64,000 bases of DNA from a virus: IMG/VR virus record IMGVR_UViG_3300025424_000009; one strand, written 5' to 3'. The notes below the pieces were generated by a model. It was not told the DNA's origin. It saw only the letters and a list, made by a program, of their open reading frames with translations, and made no database searches. Shown one piece after another: positions 55,874 through 64,000 of the stretch. Both the position numbers and the translations under genes were made by a program. Positions within the stretch are counted from its first letter, which is position 1. The number at the start of each line of letters is the position of its first letter.

Positions 55874-55876
55874 ATA

Positions 55877-57502
55877 TTACTGTTTTAACTTACTTCTTAT
55901 TTCATCAAGAGTTACTTGATTGATAAACTCACCGTTAAGGTAAATGTCTTTTAACTCACTATTTTGTACATCTTCCCAAGTAGCTTTATCTTTCAGTACT
56001 AAAGAACCATTTTCATCCTTTTTAACGCTTAATAATCCAGTAGCACTTTTCTTTGTACCATCATCTGTAATAGGGTCCTTAAATATCTCACGACATATAA
56101 CATTTGGTACATTCATAGTGCCTATCTCACCAAAAGAGGTACCAACTTGTTCTGTGATTTCAATATAAGTAGCTTTCATTGCAAATCCGAATGTATCACG
56201 AGTATTATATTGGTATGTAAAAGATCCTACACCTAATACAATATTTGTAGAAGCAAAGCCCTTAGCTTCCAATCTTGCACATATTTGTTCAGCCCTTTCA
56301 ATAGTTATTGAATCACCGTATATAGCACCTATATGTGAATCTAATACTTTATACCCCTGTTCATTTATAGTACCACCAAACACATCCCATAGTAATTCGA
56401 TTACACCTTTATTGGCAGGTGTTACATCAATAGTTTCTTCACCATACACTTCATGGTTATTATTTAATTTTACCTTATAATATTTATTATCTGTGTAGTT
56501 TAAGACTATTCCATTTTCACCTACTTTATTTAGCACACCTTCAGTGAATCCTTGAACTCTCCATGCATCACCGCAAATAATATCAACTGGATCACTACTA
56601 TCAGGTCTTATTACCAGCTTACCATCTCTTGCTAAAATTTCTTCTTTTAATGTAACAACGTGCTTAGTACATACATCCCATAAATTCCAAGTATCTGAAA
56701 CTACAGATAATATCCCTGTTGGAAATTTATTTAAAAGTCTTCTAAAAGTACCTACCTCATCCTCCTTTCCACCGGCTGACATCACGCTATGTTCCGTAGC
56801 CATTACTGAACCTGCTACAAATCCATCTGCTCCGTAATACTTTCTAGCACCATGTATAACAGGAAGAGAATCGGAACCCAGAAATGATGTAACGTGACCT
56901 AATCCAGAGCTAATAGTAGCGTCTACTGAATCCATACCCCTCATTGAGAAGTCGTGTCCTTGCCAATCAATAAACCAAGCTCTTTCTTTATCTGTTTTTT
57001 CCATCCACTTGGTTAGTACTTTACGGTATTGATAAGCAATAGTAGCAGATGTCATTGGTTTCCATAACATGTTAGAAATAATTGTTTCTAAATAGTTAGT
57101 TATCCAACTAAACTCAGGATGAGTATTGTAGATAGTTAGTACAGGAATCTTTACTGGCACTAGTGTACCTTCTGATATACCTTTTATAGCAATAGGTAAA
57201 TAACCCAAATCGTGTAACTTTTCAAAATGAGAAACATCATAGTCTGTTCCAAGATATAAAGATAATTCTTTCTTCATTTCACCACATACTTCATCTTTTG
57301 GTTTTGAGAAAAATTCTTTATCAAAAGCTTCATGTATTTGTTTTATAGTCATTTGTTGCCCAAATGAAACTACTTCTGTACAACCTTTTGGTGCGTATTT
57401 TAAACTCCTTGGAGTAAAATTTGAATAAACTAATGTTGTACCGTCTGGGTACATTAAATGGTGACCTACCTTATAAGCATCAGTCATTAATAATGGGTTC
57501 AT
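55877..57502 (-). CDS. Nicotinamide phosphoribosyltransferase-like protein (NAMPT/NadV family; candidate Namat)
   Basis: TDAYKVGH, YSNFTPR, HDFSMRG, ATEHSVM, SVVSDTW, VIRPDSSDP, GAIYGDSIT and KKSATG motifs. Confidence 0.92.
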   Translation of the reverse strand: MNPLLMTDAYKVGHHLMYPDGTTLVYSNFTPRSLKYAPKGCTEVVSFGQQMTIKQIHEAFDKEFFSKPKDEVCGEMKKELSLYLGTDYDVSHFEKLHDLGYLPIAIKGISEGTLVPVKIPVLTIYNTHPEFSWITNYLETIISNMLWKPMTSATIAYQYRKVLTKWMEKTDKERAWFIDWQGHDFSMRGMDSVDATISSGLGHVTSFLGSDSLPVIHGARKYYGADGFVAGSVMATEHSVMSAGGKEDEVGTFRRLLNKFPTGILSVVSDTWNLWDVCTKHVVTLKEEILARDGKLVIRPDSSDPVDIICGDAWRVQGFTEGVLNKVGENGIVLNYTDNKYYKVKLNNNHEVYGEETIDVTPANKGVIELLWDVFGGTINEQGYKVLDSHIGAIYGDSITIERAEQICARLEAKGFASTNIVLGVGSFTYQYNTRDTFGFAMKATYIEITEQVGTSFGEIGTMNVPNVICREIFKDPITDDGTKKSATGLLSVKKDENGSLVLKDKATWEDVQNSELKDIYLNGEFINQVTLDEIRSKLKQ

Positions 57503-57504
57503 AA

Positions 57505-57897
57505 TTATATATTTTTAATTGTTTTAACTAATAAATCTAATTCTTGGTAAACTTGACATAATCCTGCTCTATCATCTAGTAAAACGTTGTAATATATTTT
57601 ACCTGACTTACCTTTAAAGAAAGGAGGATTTTCATTAATACTATCATATAAAACCCCGTGGCTTGCTAAATGTTCTTTAATGAATTCTGTATTCTCATTT
57701 GCTGTAAAACAGATTAGATAACATCCTATTTCTTTCAAATCTTGAAGTAGCTTCATTACTTGGTAATAAGTCTCTCCTTTCTTATGAAAGTCATACACGG
57801 TGTTGTCAAAATCAAATGCCACTACTAGACTTCCATGTTGTATATACTCCTTCAACAACCTTAAATAAGATGCATTAGGTACTAAATATTCATCCAT
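57505..57897 (-). CDS. HAD-superfamily hydrolase (small, capless)
   Basis: VAFDFDNT (DxDxT), CFTAN and KIYYNVLLDDRA motifs. Confidence 0.75.
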   Translation of the reverse strand: MDEYLVPNASYLRLLKEYIQHGSLVVAFDFDNTVYDFHKKGETYYQVMKLLQDLKEIGCYLICFTANENTEFIKEHLASHGVLYDSINENPPFFKGKSGKIYYNVLLDDRAGLCQVYQELDLLVKTIKNI

Positions 57898-57899
57898 AA

Positions 57900-58685
57900 T
57901 TATATATTTACAATTTTAATAATACCACTATCATAGCTTCTACAATAGCTATCTGAAGTGATTATTTCATCAAACATTCCTTCAAATACTTTACATCCTT
58001 TTGAGAAAATACCATGAGTTACAATTAAAGTAAGATGTGAAGGTTTAATTTGTGAAGCTATGCCTAAAAACGTACCCCCACCATCACAAATGTCATCCAC
58101 TATTACACAATTACGACCTTCACATTTTTCTGGCTCTAAAACCTTAAGTGTAAGATTACCATTAGATAAATCTCTAGTTTTATTTACATAAACTACATCC
58201 ACTAGATTCTTATTCCAATTTAAGTACTTACTTACTTTTTTAACTGCACCGGCATCTGGACATATCAATATAGAATCTTCTTGCACATAGCTATCTACAA
58301 GCTTCTTGTTATTAATATTAATAGAATTCTTTATAAGAGCTGTTGACACATCAGAATGTACATCGTGCAAATATACTTTATTAAATCCACATAGATTAAT
58401 TAAATCTGAAATAACTTTTAAATCAAAGCTATCACCTGGTTGCATTATTCTATCAAACCTAGCAGCCATTAGGTAAGGTATATACAAGTTTTGCTTTTTA
58501 GCAAAAACATTATCAAGAGCATTAGATACTTCTAATAAATGAAGTACTGTTTGACTATTTAATAAAGACACTCTTACACTTACTTCATCACCTTCTTCTA
58601 TGTTTTCTATATTAACATGAGGTTGATTGTCTGGGTATAATGTAAATTTTACATTTATTTGTTTGTTGATGTCAATTAATTTCAT
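57900..58685 (-). CDS. Ribose-phosphate pyrophosphokinase-like protein (Prs family; candidate Adps)
   Basis: YPDNQ, IPYLMAARFDR, DVHS, PDAGA, KTRD and IVDDICDGGGTF motifs. Confidence 0.9.
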   Translation of the reverse strand: MKLIDINKQINVKFTLYPDNQPHVNIENIEEGDEVSVRVSLLNSQTVLHLLEVSNALDNVFAKKQNLYIPYLMAARFDRIMQPGDSFDLKVISDLINLCGFNKVYLHDVHSDVSTALIKNSININNKKLVDSYVQEDSILICPDAGAVKKVSKYLNWNKNLVDVVYVNKTRDLSNGNLTLKVLEPEKCEGRNCVIVDDICDGGGTFLGIASQIKPSHLTLIVTHGIFSKGCKVFEGMFDEIITSDSYCRSYDSGIIKIVNI

Positions 58686-58696
58686 ATTTACTATTT

Positions 58697-59249
58697 TTAT
58701 TTCACTTTTATATATTCACTTCTTACTAAATAATCATATAGACTGTCTACATCCCAGTACTCAGCTTTCTTTGTCTCTTTATCCCAGCATATGGGATTCT
58801 GTTCAGTGTATTCCTTAGAGTTACGCATATACAAAAATTCACTTACATGATCCCAACCCCATACACCAAAAACTTCCTTCTCTAATAATTCTATTAAAGT
58901 ATAATAAGACTCTTCATATGAAGATAAATCAATACCAAGCTTTTGAGCTTCCGTTGACTTTGCAAATATCCCTTTTGATAGATTTATATAATCTTTAAAT
59001 CTCTGTTTCGTCATCTTTTTCTATTTGTTGTTTAAAATATTCTTCTATTAATTCTTGATAAGGTCTGTTTAATTTTTCTAAGGTCTTTCCTATTTCTATC
59101 AGCGAATAGTCAGGCCAATTTCCTGTACCATTAAAATTAAAATAATATAATCCATCTACATCTAGTAGAAACTGTCCTATTAAATGGTCATTGACCCAGT
59201 ATACGTTGTATACCGCACTGTTTACTTGTTCAATTTTTACATACTCCAT
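58697..59249 (-). other. Two hypothetical ORFs (58697-59014, 58995-59249)
   Basis: Co-oriented coupled ORFs. Confidence 0.7.
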
Positions 59250-59258
59250 GACTTTATT

Positions 59259-60002
59259 TTATTTTTTAGGTATATTTTTTTCGTCTATATAAGTCCACCT
59301 ATAATTACAATGTGACTTCCTTTTATTTTTACAACACTCTGCTATCGTTCTATGATTTGCGTTTTTTACGTTTCTTGAAGCTTCAGCAGAACTTTCCCAG
59401 TCTTTTAAAAAGACCCAATCCATAGACCATTGTTTCACACCCTTGAAAGTGTGTCTATACTTATCTTTATCTAGTTTTCTGCCCTTCAAAGCTTTACCTA
59501 TTTTATCCTTATGCTCTTGAGATAAAGGTATTCCTAAATGTAACTTTGTCAGCATACTTTTATGTTCTTCTGTCATTTTATGTACCCTCTTTTTAGGTTT
59601 ACCTTTTTGAACTTCACTCATCTTTCTTTTAGCCTCTTCTGTATGTTTAAATCCAGTAGCTTTAATTCTACATATTTCTGATTTAGTCTTACATATTTCC
59701 TCATACAATTTTATAGATACCTTATATCTATTATCTTTATTACAATCCACCATCAGTGCAATAGCAGCTCCTAATTTATGGTTATTAGGAAATAGTCTAT
59801 GTAATATAAGATGACATAGAAAATGCTCTTTAGCAGTTAGTAAAACTATGTTAGGATGTCTTCTCCAACCAGTAACTAAACCATCCCCTCCCATACATTT
59901 AGGTATGATGTGGTGTGCCTCATAATAAATACCCTTACCTTTTTCTCTTTTTTCCATTTTACCTCTAGCTACTATCCTGTTGTAAATTTTTAGATAATCC
60001 AT
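59259..60002 (-). CDS. HNH homing endonuclease with NUMOD3 and NUMOD1-like C-terminus
   Basis: YEAHHIIPKCMGG, LLTAKEHFLCH and HTEEAKRKMSE repeats. Confidence 0.9.
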   Translation of the reverse strand: MDYLKIYNRIVARGKMEKREKGKGIYYEAHHIIPKCMGGDGLVTGWRRHPNIVLLTAKEHFLCHLILHRLFPNNHKLGAAIALMVDCNKDNRYKVSIKLYEEICKTKSEICRIKATGFKHTEEAKRKMSEVQKGKPKKRVHKMTEEHKSMLTKLHLGIPLSQEHKDKIGKALKGRKLDKDKYRHTFKGVKQWSMDWVFLKDWESSAEASRNVKNANHRTIAECCKNKRKSHCNYRWTYIDEKNIPKK

Positions 60003-60132
60003 TCCGTTTATGATAATTTAATTTAGATCTATTATCACAAGCTTCTTTATTTTTCCAATAATACTTACGAAAAGCTGCTTTTCTAGCTTCTTTCTTTTCT
60101 TCTTCTGTATTGTACTTTTTAAGTCTGCCCAT
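59965..60132 (-). CDS. Small basic protein upstream of the HNH endonuclease (not in the ORF track)
   Basis: MGRLKKYNTEEEKKEARKAAFRKYYWKNKE..., 55 aa, preceded by GATATTTATTATAG. Confidence 0.6.
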   Translation of the reverse strand: MGRLKKYNTEEEKKEARKAAFRKYYWKNKEACDNRSKLNYHKRNGLSKNLQQDSS

Positions 60133-60201
60133 GATGTGTACTATAATAAATATCAGTATCGGTTAGTTTAATTATTTGTTTATTTTATATCTGTAATATA
60201 C

Positions 60202-60777
60202 CTATGGACAAAACAGAATTGTAGGGTTATTTCTATGTATTGAACATTCAATATTCAACTTACTGAATTCCTGCATATTAAAAGATCTGGTGATTAGGTG
60301 ATAACCATTCTTCGTTGGAATCTTAGCTATTACTTTAGGTCCTACAGGCTTAATATGATATAATTTATCTTCAATTGTAGTAGAAGGTTCAAAGTTATCA
60401 ATATCCAAAATCCACTTCTTTTCCGGCTCACAAGTGTGTATTCCACAGACTGAATTATAGGCCTTTCTAACAGACTTAAAGTCCTTGTTCATAATAATAT
60501 CAGTTACCTTTCTCAAGGTCTGAAAAGCAACAGATTCAAAAGAACATCTGTTTAAATTTATACAAACGCGTGCATTATGAAATTCAGCTAAACAAATCAT
60601 TTCTGCTTTAAATCTATCTAAATCTTCTACAGATTTGATATAGTAAGACATCACCATTACACTGTTAGATTCTAGCTCAGGGTGTTCTTTTTTCCTTTTG
60701 AGCACCTGCACAAAATAAAACTCATCTTTACTATCGAAGCTCAGTAATTCTTTTATCAACTCAAAATTATCTATCAT
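60202..60777 (-). CDS. Conserved phage protein with AEP/prim-pol-like motifs
   Basis: WILDID (hhDhD) and TKNGYHLIT (sxxGhH) motifs. Confidence 0.5.
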   Translation of the reverse strand: MIDNFELIKELLSFDSKDEFYFVQVLKRKKEHPELESNSVMVMSYYIKSVEDLDRFKAEMICLAEFHNARVCINLNRCSFESVAFQTLRKVTDIIMNKDFKSVRKAYNSVCGIHTCEPEKKWILDIDNFEPSTTIEDKLYHIKPVGPKVIAKIPTKNGYHLITRSFNMQEFSKLNIECSIHRNNPTILFCP

Positions 60778-60781
60778 ACAG

Positions 60782-60789
60782 CAAAGGTA
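60782..60789 (-). promoter_or_regulatory. Bacteroidota -7 element TACCTTTG
   Basis: Consensus match 4 nt before the ATG at 60777. Confidence 0.55.
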
Positions 60790-60799
60790 ATGTATTTTT

Positions 60800-62024
60800 A
60801 TACATAAATAACATTTTCTATAAAAAGTTTGATATTTATTAATATAGTACTTATGTTAAAATCATTCAAATATAGAATATACCCTACAGAAGAACAGAAG
60901 ATATTGATAAGTAAACATATCGGTAGCTGTAGATTTGTATATAATTTGATGCTTGAAACTAAACAAAGTGAATATGCTGCTACACAAACTAGCTTGAGTT
61001 GTTTTGATTTAATTAAAAGACTCCCTGAATTAAAGAAAGAGAAAGAATGGTTAAAAGAAGTTAACTCACAGTCATTACAACAGTCCATTCTAAACATGGA
61101 TACTGCTTTCACTAATTTCTTTAAAGGAAAAGCTAATTTTCCTAAGTTCAAAAAGAAGACTTCTAATAACTCTTTTAACATACCTCAAGATGTTAGATTC
61201 AAAAATGATAAACTAATCATCCCCAAATTCAAAAAAGGGATTGACATAGTTTTACATAGAGAGTTAATAGGTACAATAAGACAAGCAACTATAAGTAAAA
61301 CTCCTACTAATAAATACTTTGTTTCCATCTTATGTGAAACAGGAGAAGCAATTCCAACTAAACCTTTGGTAACTAAAGAAAATAGTGTAGGTGTTGATCT
61401 AGGAATTAAATCATTTCTTGTAACCTCTGAAGGGGATATAATTGATAATCCTAAATTTCTTAAAAAGAAACTTTCTAAGTTAAAATACTTACAACGTAAA
61501 CATTCTAAAAAGAAAGGAAGGAGAACAAAATATAAGTTAGCTAAGTTACATGAGAAAGTAGCTAACCAACGTAAAGTCTTTTTACATAAGACTTCTACTA
61601 TGTTAATCAAGAATCACGATAACATTTGCATAGAAGATTTAGCAGTATCTAACATGGTTAAGAACCACAACTTGGCACAATCAATTAGCGATTGTGGATG
61701 GGGTATGTTCAGAATCATGTTAGAATACAAAGCAGAATGGTATGGTAAAAACATCCTAAAGATAGGGAGATTTGAACCTAGTAGTAAAACCTGTTCTTGC
61801 TGTGGGTATATCAATAAAGAACTTACTTTAGATGTAAGGGAATGGGATTGTACTTGTGGTGTACACCATGACCGAGATATAAATGCTGCTATCAATATTA
61901 AAAACTTTTCTTTAAGAAATAACCTGTCTACGGAACATAGACTTAAAAATCATGACGAACTGTCTTCAATAGAAGAAGTGTTGACTCATGAAGCCTCACT
62001 ACCGAAAGGTTAGAGGTAGTTCAC
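60800..62024 (+). mobile_element. IS200/IS605-family TnpB-only element 3 (left end approximate)
   Basis: Right end GAAGCCTCACTACCGAAAGGTTAGAGGTAGTTCAC| at 62024. Confidence 0.7.
60853..62013 (+). CDS. tnpB: RNA-guided endonuclease TnpB
   Basis: [11 protein letters not shown] start at 60853; RuvC GVDLG, IEDL, RDINA; CSCC/CTC Zn finger. Confidence 0.93.
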   Translation: MLKSFKYRIYPTEEQKILISKHIGSCRFVYNLMLETKQSEYAATQTSLSCFDLIKRLPELKKEKEWLKEVNSQSLQQSILNMDTAFTNFFKGKANFPKFKKKTSNNSFNIPQDVRFKNDKLIIPKFKKGIDIVLHRELIGTIRQATISKTPTNKYFVSILCETGEAIPTKPLVTKENSVGVDLGIKSFLVTSEGDIIDNPKFLKKKLSKLKYLQRKHSKKKGRRTKYKLAKLHEKVANQRKVFLHKTSTMLIKNHDNICIEDLAVSNMVKNHNLAQSISDCGWGMFRIMLEYKAEWYGKNILKIGRFEPSSKTCSCCGYINKELTLDVREWDCTCGVHHDRDINAAINIKNFSLRNNLSTEHRLKNHDELSSIEEVLTHEASLPKG

Positions 62025-62662
62025 TTTACTTCTTCAAAATTAATTTCTGTATCTACATCTGTATCCTCAAATAAAAGTTCAAAATTACCTTGAAGCATCT
62101 GTCTATACCTCCAAGCAAGCTTTCTAAATATTCGATCTTTTACCTTGCTATATACGTCATTCTTGTGTATGAACGGAGCCTCTTTTGTAATGGTACAAGT
62201 TAGATTTCCCTCCTCATCTCTGATAGCTTCTATTAAACCTGCATATTTAGGTACTTCTGAGCTTAATAGGAGACCTCTAGGAGCACAGTAATAGAATTTG
62301 TTAGGTATTACCTCCCATTCAGTTCCTTCGGCTAATAATTTATGTTTTAAAGGTTTTCCAGAAATGTCCTCTGAAAAGTCACTGCGACTTATTTTTATTT
62401 CAATTTCGGCTATATAATTGCTGTCGTAGACAGTTACAAAATCATTCTCAAAATTATCGTTAAAGACATACGCGTTGTTTAAATAACATTTGTGGGTCCG
62501 GTAGTAGTTAGCTAATGCTAATACAACCTCTTTAGTACCTATATCTCCCTTACTACCCTTTACTTTCTGGTAAATAGATTGCTTTATACGAGGTCTGTAG
62601 GTAGCCTCGCTTTCTTTCTCTTTGGAAAGTTTACTGAAATCTATAAGGAACCCCTTACTCAT
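62021..62662 (-). CDS. MmcB-like PD-(D/E)xK nuclease
   Basis: END...EIEIKISRSDF, PNKFYYCAP and VPKYAGLI motifs. Confidence 0.7.
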   Translation of the reverse strand: MSKGFLIDFSKLSKEKESEATYRPRIKQSIYQKVKGSKGDIGTKEVVLALANYYRTHKCYLNNAYVFNDNFENDFVTVYDSNYIAEIEIKISRSDFSEDISGKPLKHKLLAEGTEWEVIPNKFYYCAPRGLLLSSEVPKYAGLIEAIRDEEGNLTCTITKEAPFIHKNDVYSKVKDRIFRKLAWRYRQMLQGNFELLFEDTDVDTEINFEEVK

Positions 62663-63815
62663 TAACCTAAGTATTGAGAGATGTTTATTGCAGCTTGTTT
62701 AGCTTGCTCTAATGTGGTTATTTCAATCTTTCCTCTTCTTCTGTAAGGGATGAAGTCTACTACCCCTTCAACATAATCTTTACTGAATTTATTTAAAAAC
62801 TCTTCGTATTGTAATTGGTAGCCGACCCACTCCCATTCTTCAAAATCATCTTCTACTGGAATATACTTTTCATCAAATAATCTATCACCAATTTTGAATA
62901 ACTGTCCAGCTCTATGAGAGTAACCATAGTAACCTTGTACAATAGTTCTATGACTGCACATTTGAATAGCTACACCTCTTGGATACTCATTACATACAAG
63001 AAGTTTATTTTTGAAATAAAACCATCCTCTAGAAGCATCTCCTATGTATTCTCCACTGTGAGACAGAAAACTATCATTTAATTCTAATTCGGATGATAGG
63101 ATTGTATTCTTATCAGTGGGTTCAGTAGTTACTCTTAAATATTCACCATTTGAATCTAAATCTTCTGTCAACCACCATTTGTAAGTAGATATTTTACCCC
63201 CTGTATTTTGATTAATTAGATTAATTTTAAATTTGTCATAAGGATCCTTCTTATCTATTTTTACCCTTGATACCAGCTTGGTAAATCCTAAGTCTAGGTG
63301 TACTTTATTCAATTTACTTTTACTTACGTAGAAGGGATATTTCTCAAAAGTTAGGTAAGGTAATCCTCTGTAGACTGTGTGATTATTTATCATTTTTCTA
63401 TTTTATAATTTGATAAGGGTAGTGTTGGATGATATTATCTTGCTTTACATTTTCTATGTAAAATTGATCTATAATTTGCTTCTTTTGTAGCTCTGTAGCA
63501 CCTTTAGGCACCTTAACTTCAAACTCCTGTATTACAGGTTGTCTATAACCGTTATACCTCGTCTTGAATAATATTCTCATTTTTTAGAATTATTTTACCA
63601 GTATACTTCAAAGGTTTTCCTTTAAATACTAAGGATTGTTTTCTATCACTCCATACTGCATAACCTTCTTTACCTGATAAGAAGTCTTCAAAAGACAGTA
63701 ATTCAGGCATTGTAAAAGGTTCTTCTAATTTTACTACTGAGTAGTAATCACCTTTAGTTATAATTATTTTAAATCCTCTTTTTAAGTATCCTCTCATATT
63801 ATTTTAATTTTTAAA
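62662..63815 (-). other. Hypothetical ORFs (62662-63393, 63398-63580, 63552 to about 63797)
   Basis: Co-oriented coupled ORFs. Confidence 0.7.
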
Positions 63816-63902
63816 TTATTTATCTACTGAATATAATTATTAAATAATTTTTTATTCTAATAGTAGTTTTTAATTTATTAAAAAGTATTAGTAAGTTATT
63901 AG

Positions 63903-64000
63903 TTACTACTTCTTACTACTTCTTACTACTTCTTACTACTTCTTACTACTTCTTACTACTTCTTACTACTTCTTACTACTTCTTACTACTTCTTACTACT
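63903..64000. repeat. 10-bp tandem repeat (TCTTACTACT)n, nine exact copies plus a partial one, truncated by the window edge
   Basis: Directly visible. Confidence 0.97.

Noticed and set aside
60798-61895. Minus-strand ORFs of 127, 141 and 93 aa
   Set aside because: Antisense shadows of TnpB3

Overview
AT-rich fragment of a large (probably jumbo) dsDNA phage. The host is most likely Bacteroidota: TAnnTTTG -7 promoter elements are present and there are no Shine-Dalgarno-type leaders. No capsid, tail, terminase or DNA polymerase gene is recognisable in this window. 1-13.7 kb (+ strand): ADP-ribosyltransferase-like gene, a cluster of about seven glycosyltransferase-like genes with an N6/N4 DNA methyltransferase and a GIY-YIG/NUMOD3 homing endonuclease, a stand-alone WYL protein, an HNH-like protein, tRNA-Arg(ACG) and a calcineurin-like phosphoesterase. 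13.7-63.8 kb (- strand): a dense array of small, mostly unknown ORFs, many starting with an AAGTT-ATG leader. Only three confident + strand islands interrupt it: two TnpB genes and a VirE_N/BT4734-like gene with internal iteron-like repeats. A third TnpB lies on the - strand. Also present: a pentapeptide-repeat gene, a repeat-rich non-coding zone at 46.6-49 kb with a tRNA-shaped element, a signal-peptide-bearing non-specific nuclease, a Prs-like/HAD/NAMPT-like cluster resembling the NARP1 NAD-reconstitution pathway, an HNH-NUMOD3 endonuclease, an MmcB-like nuclease and a 10-bp tandem repeat running off the right edge. The most unusual signals are a repeated hairpin with sarcin-ricin/loop-E geometry in front of the + strand islands, a TATTTAT motif shared by the two homing endonucleases and three TnpBs, the NARP1-like trio, and the iteron-bearing Rep-like gene. 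All calls are from motif recognition by eye; no searches were run.
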